From the NCBI GenBank assembly GCA_963768305.1, contig CAVYHE010000011.1, forward strand, positions 1-21,902: a DNA stretch of 21,902 nt, given 5' to 3'. Shown one piece after another: positions 1 through 8,343 of the stretch. The position numbers and the translations under genes are program-made. Each line of letters starts with the position of its first letter. Positions within the stretch are counted from its first letter, which is position 1. The notes beneath the pieces were generated by a model that was not told the DNA's origin, did no database searches, and was given only the letters and a program-made list of their open reading frames with translations. This DNA is from an uncultured bacterium. GTDB lineage: Bacteria > Margulisbacteria > WOR-1 > CAVSGV01.

Positions 1-48
1 AACATCGCGGGAAATGAGCGGGATTATGTTGTAGAATTCCAGACATAA
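1..48 (+). CDS. Possible 3' end of an upstream gene (partial)
   Basis: Frame from base 1 reads NIAGNERDYVVEFQT* with TAA at 46-48 overlapping the next ATG (TAATG coupling). Too short to identify. Confidence 0.3.
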   Translation, partial: NIAGNERDYVVEFQT

Positions 49-904
49 TGGAAATAGAACTTGATCCCAAAAAGCCTTTTCATGAACTTGTATCGTGGAT
101 ATTCGCCGCGCATCCCCGCAAAAGCGGCGATATAAATATTGTCAAAAAGATCATCCACCTTAGCGACCTGCACCTGGGTTATTCAGATTGCATCGAAAAA
201 GCCGAACGCATATTCCAAAATATCATCAAACGCGAAAAGACCGAAGGCACCGTCATCATCATCACAGGCGACATAGTGGACAAAGGCGCGTCAAAAGAAG
301 ACCTTGTCGCCGGGCTTAAACTGCTGGCGGAACTTCGCGGCAACGGCTTTACCGTTCTCCTTTGCCCCGGCAACCACGACTACGGCACCGGATACATGAA
401 CTCGGCAAAAACGGCCGATAACTTCCGCAAAATATATCTCCCGGAAGTATCCGCTTCCCGCGGCTTGATATTATCGGCAACGTCGCTTTTATCGGGCTTG
501 ATTCAACAGCGGGGGAACTTGAATGGTATAACCGGTACTTTGCGGACGGAAAACTGGGGCGCAAGCAAAGGATCGAGCTCGAAAAGATAATGGCCGATCC
601 GGCCATTCAGGATAAGATAAAAGTGGTCTACCTGCATCACCATCCCATACACTTTCTGCCGCTCATGTGGCTAAAGGACAGGGCCCGATTAAGAAAAATA
701 ATAGGCGGCAAGGTGGATGTTCTTCTTTTCGGCCACATGCACTTTGGCAATACGTATCCCAATGCCTGGGGGATAAAGATCGTCATGGACGGCGGTTCGT
801 CCACCGGCAAAAAAGCGCTCGGCCTTTTCCCCGTAAAGATCCGCCACAGGGTAATACACCTCTCTGACATGAGCGTTACTGAGGATAATTTTCTTTTAGG
901 TTAG
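48..904 (+). CDS. Calcineurin-like metallophosphoesterase, one frameshift near 450
   Basis: Motifs HLSDLH, TGDIVD and PGNHD in ORF 48-590. After a shift near 450 the other frame reads FPRLDIIGNVAFIGLDS...GKLG...IMADP straight into ORF 590-904, which has LHHHP and LFGHMH. Confidence 0.85.
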
Positions 905-912
905 AAGTTAGG

Positions 913-931
913 TGGTCACAATTTGTGACCA
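913..931. repeat. Perfect palindrome TGGTCACAA-T-TTGTGACCA
   Basis: 9-bp arms with a 1-nt centre, between the convergent stops at 904 and 943. Confidence 0.9.
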
Positions 932-942
932 GTTGGCATTGC

Positions 943-1445
943 CTACTTCTTGAACCCGATCTGTTTTATCTTCCTGGGCTCCATCTCCATCAATTTATAT
1001 ATGGCTTCAAACACCACTTTAAATTGCCCGTCATATTTTTTCTCCATCTCGGCCATCTTTCGCTTCAATCCTCGTGCGACGCGAAAAATCGACGCAGCTT
1101 CACGAACGCCCGCATTATCTGGATGTTCACGCTGATGGCCCTCTGGCTGTTAAGGACAGAAGAAAGCATAAGGATGCCGTGTTCCGTGAAGGCGTAGGGA
1201 AGATAACGGCGACCGCCGTAACTTGAGGTCGCAATTTGCGACCTCAAGTTTTCCCATTCCTCAAAGGTTAAGCGAAACATGAAATCATCGGGAAAACGCT
1301 CAATGTTCCTCTTCACCTGTTCATTCAGCCTTTTTGCGGGAACTTTATATAATCCTGCAAGGTAAATATCCAGCATCACCTTCTGCCCGCGGATAAAGTA
1401 GATCTTATTTTCAATGCTTTCCTGCGCTATCAGCTCTTCGCCCAT
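943..1445 (-). CDS. ORF6N-domain (KilA-N-like) DNA-binding protein, frameshift near 1068
   Basis: IRGQKVMLD...LNEQVKRNIERFPDDFMFRLT...LRSQIATSS...PYAFTEHGILMLSSVLNS...AISVNIQIMRAFVKLR is typical of ORF6N. Past the shift the frame continues LKRKMAEMEKKYDGQFKVVFEAIYKLMEMEPRKIKQIGFKK* (TAG at 945-943), the usual ...IGF ending. Confidence 0.85.
1220..1250. repeat. Perfect 31-bp palindrome AACTTGAGGTCGCAA-T-TTGCGACCTCAAGTT inside the ORF6N gene
   Basis: 15-bp arms with a 1-nt centre; encodes NLRSQIATSS on the minus strand. Confidence 0.95.
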
Positions 1446-1547
1446 ATTGTAGTTCCAGCAATTTAATAGCCGCGTGTTATATGAAGGAGAATTGAATAAT
1501 TGTAGTCAAACTCGTCAGAAGATGTCGAAAAATACAACAATACTTAT

Positions 1548-1568
1548 GTGGTGCAAATTTTGCACCAC
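1548..1568. repeat. Perfect palindrome GTGGTGCAAA-T-TTTGCACCAC
   Basis: 10-bp arms with a 1-nt centre, 7 bp beyond the ilvD stop and upstream of the ORF6N gene. Confidence 0.9.
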
Positions 1569-1575
1569 CTCAAAC

Positions 1576-3225
1576 TTACTTCAGCACCGCTCCCGTGTTC
1601 GCCGAAGTCACCATTCTCGCGTATCTTGCCAGCCAGCCGGTCTTGACCTTCTGCTCCGGCGCTTTCCAGTGGATCTTTCTTGTCGAAAGCTCGCTATCTG
1701 AAACTTTCACATTAAGTTTTCTTGCAGGAATATCAAGCTCGATAATATCTCCGTCTTTTACCAAAGCGATCGGCCCGCCTTCCACCGCTTCCGGCGAAAT
1801 ATGGCCGATGCAGGGACCTTGCGTCCCGCCGGAAAATCTTCCGTCAGTTATCAATGCCACGGAATCAGACAATCCCATTCCCGACAACGCTGAAGTGGGC
1901 GAGAGCATCTCCCTCATTCCCGGCCCGCCTTTCGGCCCTTCATATCTGATAACCACCACATCGCCCGCCTTGACCTTGCTGTCCATTATCGCTTTCATCG
2001 CGGCTTCTTCGCCGTCAGAAACTTTCGCCATCCCCGTTATCTTCTGCGCTTTTTCAGAAACCGCGGTCTGCTTGACCACGCTTCCGTCCGGCGCGATGTT
2101 GCCCTTCAGGATCGCTATCCCGCCTTCCTTATGAAAAGGATTATCAAGATTCCTGATAACATTGTGATCAAAAACAACTCCGTCTTTCGCGATGTCCTTT
2201 ATGTTCTTCCTGTTGACAGTATCAGAACTCAGCAGACGATCTTTGAGGACATTCAATACTCCGGGTATTCCGCCCGCGTATTCCAGGTCTTCCAGGAAGA
2301 ACGGGCCGGACGGCCTCAGGTTCGTGATGTGCGGAGTCTCCCTGCTCAGCTTGTCAAAGTCATCAAGCGAGATCTCGATTCCGAATTCGTGCGCTATCGC
2401 CGGCAGATGCAGAGCCGTATTCGATGACCCGCCGATCGCCATGTCCACCATTATCGCGTTGTGTATCGCGTTCTTCGTGACGATGATCTCGGCTTGACAT
2501 CATGCTTTACAAGCTCGACGATTTTTTCGCCGGATGAATACGCTATCCTTTTTTTTTTTGCGGAAACAGCAAGTGCCGTCCCGCATCCCGTCAGCGACAT
2601 TCCCATCGCTTCGGTCAGGCAGGACATCGTGTTCGCCGTGTAAAGTCCCGCGCATGAGCCCGCGCCGGGGCAGATGTCTTCTTCCATGCAGTTCAATTCC
2701 TGCTCAGATATCTTTCCGGCCCTCACCGCTCCGGCGGCTTCAAAGCCGTCCTTCACCAGGTCGCGCTTTACCATCTTATATCTTCCGGTAAGCATCGGCC
2801 CCGCGGTCACGACGATCGCCGGAACATTCAATCTTCCCGCCGCCATAAGCATGCCGGGCGTTATCTTGTCGCAGGCGGTGAGAAGTATCATGCCGTCAAG
2901 CTGGTGCGCTTCCACCATCGATTCGATCATGTCGGCGATCAGTTCGCGTGAGGCCAGGGAGTAATGCATTCCCTTGTGTCCCATCGCGATGCCGTCGCAG
3001 ATCGCGGGCAGTCCGAAAACAAAAGGCACTCCGCCGCCGGCAGAAATTCCGTTCTCTATGGCGCGTTCAAAGTCGCGCAGTCATATGGCCGGGAACGATG
3101 TCGGTGAAACTGGATGCGATGCCGATGAACGGCTTGCCCATTCCTGACTTTGTGACTCCGGTGGCGTAGAGCAGGGCGCGGTGCCCGGCCCTTTCCACAC
3201 CTTTTTTAATTTCATCGCTTCTCAT
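1576..3225 (-). CDS. ilvD: Dihydroxy-acid dehydratase, frameshifts near 3083 and 2490
   Basis: Start [23 protein letters not shown]...KPFIGIASS with a GGAGG RBS (3235-3239). Motifs [73 protein letters not shown] and VTSANTGA. Confidence 0.95.
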
Positions 3226-3251
3226 ATTAATGTACCTCCGTAAGTGGGGCT

Positions 3252-3260
3252 ATTTTACCA
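3252..3260 (-). promoter_or_regulatory. Candidate extended -10 promoter for ilvD
   Basis: Minus strand reads TGGTAAAAT (TGn-TAAAAT) just upstream of the ilvD RBS; no matching -35 seen. Confidence 0.4.
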
Positions 3261-3349
3261 TAAAATTTATCAATTAGTGTGGGATTTTTGGGGAATTATG
3301 ACGATATATTAATATGTAAGGGGATCAATAAAGAGAACGTAAGTATTTG

Positions 3350-3459
3350 CTGGGTTGTTCGTGACTTGTTCGAGATCGGTAGACTATTCTCCCTGATTAA
3401 GTTCAGGGAATCCTTTTAGTACTGCCAGACTTGAACTTGACGGCAACCCAGTTTTTTTT
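3350..3459 (+). ncRNA. Candidate structured ncRNA: ~100-nt rod-shaped hairpin followed by T8
   Basis: Nested pairings CTGGGTTG/CAACCCAG, GTTCGAG/CTTGAAC, GGTAG/CTGCC, ACTA/TAGT and TCCCTGA/TCAGGGA. G-U pairs occur on the + strand; T8 at 3452-3459. Family not identified. Confidence 0.5.
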
Positions 3460-3523
3460 GAGACTTACGAAGTATAACATAAATTTTTCCAGAAATCAAG
3501 CCTGCCGCTTTGGCATCCTACTC

Positions 3524-3552
3524 TTGCCAAGGTTATCCCCGTGTGATATACT
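3524..3552 (+). promoter_or_regulatory. Sigma70-type promoter for the rpsF operon
   Basis: TTGCCA (3524-3529), 17-nt spacer, TATACT (3547-3552) with TG extension; RBS AAGGAGG at 3576-3582. Confidence 0.7.
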
Positions 3553-3589
3553 TTTCCGCTGTTCAAGTTAATTCCAAGGAGGACCTGTT

Positions 3590-3976
3590 TTGAAGCCTTA
3601 TGAAGCTATATTGATATTCGACCCGAAGATCCAGGAAGACAAGATAGACGCGTCCGTCGCGAAATTCGAGAAGAAAATAAAGGATTCCGGCGGGACCGAA
3701 CTCGTGCACCGCGAAATGGGGAATGAAAAAACTGGCCACGCCGATCAAAAAAGCCACCGACGGGTTCTATGTCTACATCACTTTCAACGGCGAAGGCAAA
3801 ACGCCGAACGAGCTTAAAGCCCTCCTTGAACGTATCCGAAGAAGTGTTCAGGTATTCCGTCATGAACGTAAGGCCCGTCAGGACCGAACCGAGAGGAAGA
3901 AAAAGTGGAGATAGAGCCTTCGATGATAATTCCTCCAGACATGTCAGCCCCAAGCGAGCAAACCACGAATGGCTAA
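3590..3976 (+). CDS. rpsF: 30S ribosomal protein S6, frameshifts near 3710, 3826 and 3893
   Basis: TTG start after AAGGAGG. Joined across frames: MKPYEAILIFDP...EKWGMKKLATPIKKATDGFYVYITF...LNVSEEVFRYSVM, with a tail ending at TAA 3974-3976. Canonical rpsF-ssb-rpsR-rplI context. Confidence 0.92.
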
Positions 3977-4391
3977 CCTGAACAGGATAATCCTTATTGG
4001 CAACCTCACGAACGATCCCGAGGTCCGCTTCACCGTTGAAGGGCGTGCAGATAGCGAAATTCCAGCTTGAAGTTGACAGATTCGTCCAGGAAGGCGCGCC
4101 AAAACAGGTCGATCTATATAGATATAGTTGCGTGGAGGCGCCTCGCCGAGATCTGCGGGCAGTACCTTAAAAAAGGACAAACTCGTCCTGGTGGAAGGCC
4201 GCATACAGGTAAGGACATACGAGAACGAGAACGGCGCCAGGAAATGGGCCACAGAAGTCGTCGCGAAGAACATAAAATTATTGGGCGGCGCGGTAAAAGA
4301 GCAGGCAGCAGGCGTACGGCGGCGCAGACAATTGATGATGTTCCCGGCAGCTGAAGAGCTTCCGGGAGAAGAAAGCGACCTGCCATTCTAA
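3969..4391 (+). CDS. ssb: Single-stranded DNA-binding protein, copy 1, at least 3 frameshifts (~4043, ~4114, ~4170)
   Basis: MANLNRIILIGNLTNDPEVRFT...IDIVAWRRLAEICGQYLKK...VLVEGRIQVRTYENENGARKWATEVVA...EESDLPF*. Confidence 0.88.
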
Positions 4392-4396
4392 TTAAT

Positions 4397-4800
4397 ATGT
4401 ATAACAAAGTATTTTTGATAGGTAATTTAACAAAAGATCCGGAACTCAGATACACGCCCAGCGGGATACCTGTTGCAAGGTTCACCATTGCGGTGAACAG
4501 GCCGTCCGCGAAGAGCGAAAAGAACGAAGTGGATTTCATAAATATTGTTGCGTGGAGGCGGCTTGCGGAGATATGCGGCGAATACCTGAAAAAGGGAAGG
4601 CCGGTCTCGATCGAAGGGCGGCTGCAGATAAGGCCGTACGAAAAGGACGGAGAAAAGAAAGTTTTCGCGGAAGTGGTGGCCGAAGGCATGCAGATGCTCG
4701 GCAGCAGGAAAGAAGGCGCCGCATCCCAGCCTGAAAAGGCGCACGAAGGTCCGGACGCGCCCGCGGCTGTCAGCAACCAGAAGAAGATATACCGTTTTAA
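4397..4800 (+). CDS. ssb: Single-stranded DNA-binding protein, copy 2; probable true end 4800 after a frameshift near 4775
   Basis: MYNKVFLIGNLTKDPELRYTPSG...DFINIVAWRRLAEICGEYLKKG...IEGRLQIRPY. An alternative frame at the 3' end reads PEEDIPF* (TAA 4798-4800), the SSB acidic tip. Confidence 0.93.
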
Positions 4801-4803
4801 GTT

Positions 4804-4846
4804 AAGTTATGAGTTAAGAGATTAGAGATTAAGCGTTATGAGTTTT
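4804..4846 (+). repeat. Degenerate heptamer tandem repeat (GAGTTAA-like, about 6 units)
   Basis: AAGTTAT GAGTTAA GAGATTA GAGATTAA GCGTTAT GAGTTTT between ssb2 and rpsR. Confidence 0.75.
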
Positions 4847-4862
4847 GTAAGGAGGGTTCACG

Positions 4863-5144
4863 TTGAAAAGAAAAGACGACAAAAAACGGGACAAGAAACG
4901 GGACAATAAGAATAATAATGATGACAGGCCTGTAAGAAAAAGAAGGAAAAAGGTCTGCATTTTCTGCGCCGACAAGTTCATGCCGGACTACAAGAACGTT
5001 AATCTCATGAAAAGGTTCATCAGCGACAGGGGCAAGATCCTCACAATGAGGTCTTCCGGATGCTGCGCCAGGCACCAGCGGGCCATCGCGCAGGAAATAA
5101 AAAGAGCCAGGCAGCTCGGCTTCATCCCTTACACGGTGGATTAA
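4863..5144 (+). CDS. rpsR: 30S ribosomal protein S18
   Basis: RKKVCIFC...[19 protein letters not shown]...[38 protein letters not shown] start. Confidence 0.97.
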   Translation: MKRKDDKKRDKKRDNKNNNDDRPVRKRRKKVCIFCADKFMPDYKNVNLMKRFISDRGKILTMRSSGCCARHQRAIAQEIKRARQLGFIPYTVD

Positions 5145-5595
5145 TGAAGGTCATTCTCCTTAAAGACGTAAAGGACATCGGGCAGGCCGACACGTTAAAA
5201 GATGTTTCCGACGGATATGCCAGGAATTTCCTTATCCCGAAAGGCTTTGCCGTTCCCGCTGAAAAAACCGCGCTTAAGAACCTGGATGCAAGACTTAAAG
5301 CCAAAGCCGAGAAAAATGAAGCCGAAAAAGCGGGATTGATGGAGCTCGCTTCAAAGATTAACGGGGCCAGATAAGCATCCAGGTGGACGTGGGGGAGAAC
5401 GGAAAACTTTTCGGTTCGGTCACCCATCAGGATATATCGAAAAAAATATTCGAATCGCTTGGGATGGAGATAGACAAACACAAGATCATCCTGGACCAGC
5501 CCATAAAAGCGATCGGCACATTCGATGTCCCGGTCAAATTCGGCCACGATATCACCGCTTCCGTTAAAGTGGATGTCTCCGCAAGCTCCAAATAA
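5144..5595 (+). CDS. rplI: 50S ribosomal protein L9, frameshift near 5370
   Basis: ATG overlaps the rpsR stop (TAATG). [13 protein letters not shown]...[14 protein letters not shown], then [11 protein letters not shown]...[13 protein letters not shown]. Confidence 0.95.
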
Positions 5596-7168
5596 GAAAG
5601 ACCTTCCCCACAAGCCCGGAGTTTACCTCCTTAAGGACAAGTCCGGAAAGATAATTTACATCGGCAAGGCGAATTCCATCGCCCAGAGGGTGAAGGCGCA
5701 TTTCAGGCCGGACTCAAAACTTGCCGGCCGCGTTTTCGACATGGACTACATCGTCACGTCCAATGAACTGGAAGCGCTCCTCCTGGAAGCCGTCCTCATA
5801 AAAAAACACCAGCCGCGCTACAACGTTCTCCTGCGGGATGACAAGCAGTTCCCGTACATCAAACTGACAATGAACGAGGAATGGCCGAGCATATTGATGA
5901 CAAGGAAGATCGAGGACGACGGCGCGAGATATTTCGGCCCGTACAGGAGCCAGACCGTCAGGGATATCTTCAAGATCGTCAAACGGCTTTTCCAGATAAG
6001 ATGGTGCAAAACATTCAAAAAGAAAAGCCAGCCGTGTTTTTATTATTCGATGGGGAAATGCCTCGCGCCGTGCTCAAAAGATGTTTCAAGAGGCGAATAT
6101 CTTGCTGCGGTCAAAGATATCGAATTATTTCTTGGAAGGGAAATACGAAGCCGCGATAGAAAAATTATCGGCCGAGATGGCGCAGGCATCAAAAGAAAAA
6201 GATTACGAAATGGCCGCGGCTATCCGCGATCAGATTGAAACTTTTCAAGAGGATAGGCGAAGAGCAGAAAGTCGTTTCATCTGACAAGAAAGATAAGGAT
6301 ATTTTCATGGTCTCAACTTTCCAGAATTCCGCTCTCGCGCTGATACTTGAGATCCGCGGCGGAAAGCTCACCGGCAAGCAGACATATTTCATAAAGGACC
6401 TTGAAACTCGAAGAAGAGAACATTCTCACAAGCCTCATGGTCCAGTATTATTCATCGGCAGCTTATGTCCCCGGCGAGATCATCGCCGAGGCCGGCGCGA
6501 ACAGGCCGATGATCGAAATGGCCCTGACGAAACTCAAAGGCTCGAGGGTCAAGGTCAATGAAGCGAGGCCGGGAAAAGACAAAGGGCTGCTGGAAATGGC
6601 GAAGGAAAATTCAAATTACGCGCTTCAGCAGAATTTAAAACTTGAGGGAAGTCTGTATGAGCCGCTGTTCGACCTGAAGAAATTCCTGGACATGGACAGG
6701 ATACCGTACAGGATCGAAGCGTTCGATATCTCTACGACGATGGGCGTGGAGACCGTCGGCTCGATGGTCGTTTTTGAGGGCGGGCTTCCGCTAAAATCCG
6801 ATTACAGGAAATTCAAGGTCGCTGTTGAAACAAAGATGAACAATGACGTCGCGGGGATCCGCAATATAACCGGCAGAAGATATGCAGGGTCTTTGAGCAA
6901 AGAGCTCGCACTGCCGGACCTTGTCCTTATCGACGGCGGCCTGGGCCAGCTAAACGCGGCAAAGCCGAACATCCCGGCAGGGATAAAGGTCATCGCGCTT
7001 GCAAAAAAACTTGAGGAGATCTATACGACCGGCAGCAGGACTCCTTTACGTCTTAAAATGGGCTCACCTGCGCTGAAGCTTCTCCAGAGAGTGCGCGATG
7101 AAGCCCACAGATTCGCCATAACCTTCCATAGGAAGCGCAGAGCTTCCAGAATGCTGTCAAACTCCTGA
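5573..7168 (+). CDS. uvrC: Excinuclease ABC subunit C, frameshifts near 6138, 6237 and 6405; no C-terminal HhH domain
   Basis: GIY-YIG motif LPHKPGVYL...IIYIGKA, EALLLE...PRYNVLLRDDK, YFGPY, UVR motif YEMAAAIRDQI, RIEAFDIS, PDLVLIDGGLGQL and LQRVRDEAHRFAITFHR. Confidence 0.93.
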
Positions 7169-7174
7169 AAATCA

Positions 7175-7183
7175 TGGTATAAT
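7175..7183 (+). promoter_or_regulatory. Extended -10 promoter for the M23 peptidase-ctpA cluster
   Basis: TGGTATAAT (TGn-TATAAT) 15 nt upstream of the GTG at 7199. Confidence 0.6.
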
Positions 7184-7198
7184 TTTTCCTCTCTAACC

Positions 7199-8308
7199 GT
7201 GAAAAAAACATTCTTTTATGCTTTAGCTATTATCCTTATTCTTCTGTCCAGAGCTTCATTTGGCGAAGACGTCAGCAATGAGCAGAAAAAACTCCTGAAC
7301 ATCCAGTCCGAACTGGCCGACCAGAAGCAAAAACTTAAACTGACCCGAGTGGAAGAACAGAGAGCTTTAAGCAGCCTTTCCATTATCAAGAAAAATCTTC
7401 AGCGCGCAAAAAAAAGCCTGAATGAAGCGAATGATAAGGTCAATTATAACCAATCGAAGATCACGGAGCTGAAGATAGATCTGGCGGCTGCGGAGCAACA
7501 AATTCAGGATGAGAATAAAGACCTTCGCCTGCGGATAAAGGAGATTTATAAGAGCGGCAGCGGGAGTTTCCTGGACCTCCTTTTCGCATCCAGGTCCATG
7601 TCCGATTTCATCAACAGGACATATTATTTCGGCCGTATCCTGGGCAGGGATGTTGAGCTTATAGGAAAGATAAGGCAGCAGCTTGCGACCATCAAGGATT
7701 CAAGGACCCAGCTGGAATCGGCGAACAGGGAAATAAAAGGTTCATTAAGATCGATCGTAGCCGAGAAACAGGAAATAACCAGGGCCAGCGCCGAAGAGAG
7801 CAAGAACTATCAGATATTGCGCGAAAGACGCCAGGAATACGAGCGCCGCGTAAAAGAGCTGGAAGCGAGCAGCCTTGAGATCGAGAAATTCATCAGGGGC
7901 AGAGGAAGATCCTCCGCCGTATCGACAGGCAAATTCGCATGGCCTATAATAGGCAGGATCACTTCGCCGTTCGGATACAGAAGGCATCCGCTTTGGGGCG
8001 GCCTGAGCTTGCATACAGGGATAGATATAGCGGCTCCGTACGGAAAGCCTATCTCCTGCGCGGACAGCGGGGAAGTAATATACAGCGGATGGTGGGACGG
8101 ATACGGAAAAGCTGTGGTCATAGACCACGGCAGGGGGTATACTACCGTCTATGGCCATATGTCCAGGATATATGCCCAGGTAGGCCAGACGGTGACAAAA
8201 GGCCAGTCGATCGGACTGGTAGGAAGCACGGGCTTTTCGACCGGTCCGCATCTTCATTTTGAAATAAGGATAAACGGCAGACCAGTAAATCCAATGCCTT
8301 ACCTGTAA
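7199..8308 (+). CDS. Coiled-coil M23 family peptidase (EnvC-like murein hydrolase/activator)
   Basis: Signal peptide, long coiled coil, then M23 domain FAWP...ITSPFGYRRHP...HTGIDI...YGKAVVIDHG...YGHMS...GSTGFSTGPHLHFEIR with the Zn-ligand motifs intact. Confidence 0.9.
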   Translation: MKKTFFYALAIILILLSRASFGEDVSNEQKKLLNIQSELADQKQKLKLTRVEEQRALSSLSIIKKNLQRAKKSLNEANDKVNYNQSKITELKIDLAAAEQQIQDENKDLRLRIKEIYKSGSGSFLDLLFASRSMSDFINRTYYFGRILGRDVELIGKIRQQLATIKDSRTQLESANREIKGSLRSIVAEKQEITRASAEESKNYQILRERRQEYERRVKELEASSLEIEKFIRGRGRSSAVSTGKFAWPIIGRITSPFGYRRHPLWGGLSLHTGIDIAAPYGKPISCADSGEVIYSGWWDGYGKAVVIDHGRGYTTVYGHMSRIYAQVGQTVTKGQSIGLVGSTGFSTGPHLHFEIRINGRPVNPMPYL

Positions 8309-8343
8309 ATCAGGCTTTTATTATTAATTTTAAGGAGGAGATC

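Noticed and set aside
100..142. Inverted repeat TCGCCGC...GCGGCGA and a CGATATAAATATTG motif resembling CGATATATTAATATG at 3302
   Set aside because: The 7-bp arms lie inside a probable CDS, and two AT-rich matches are too few to call a promoter or regulatory motif.
913..1568. The palindromes as ordinary intrinsic terminators, or as a CRISPR array
   Set aside because: They have 1-nt centres and no U-tracts, and one copy is intragenic. The copies are not identical and are ~300 bp apart, unlike repeat-spacer arrays. A termination role for the two intergenic copies is not fully excluded.
2549..2559. T11 tract in ilvD as a phase-variation site
   Set aside because: It reads in frame as AKKKR; the nearby frameshift is at ~2490.
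3350..3451. SRP (4.5S) RNA as the identity of the rod-shaped hairpin
   Set aside because: Size and shape fit, but the apical GNRA tetraloop and the conserved domain IV AGCAG motif are absent on both strands.
3590..7168. Pseudogene or programmed-frameshift calls for rpsF, ssb, rplI and uvrC
   Set aside because: There are too many breaks in core genes with otherwise intact motifs, and no consistent slippery site plus structure; sequencing error is more parsimonious.
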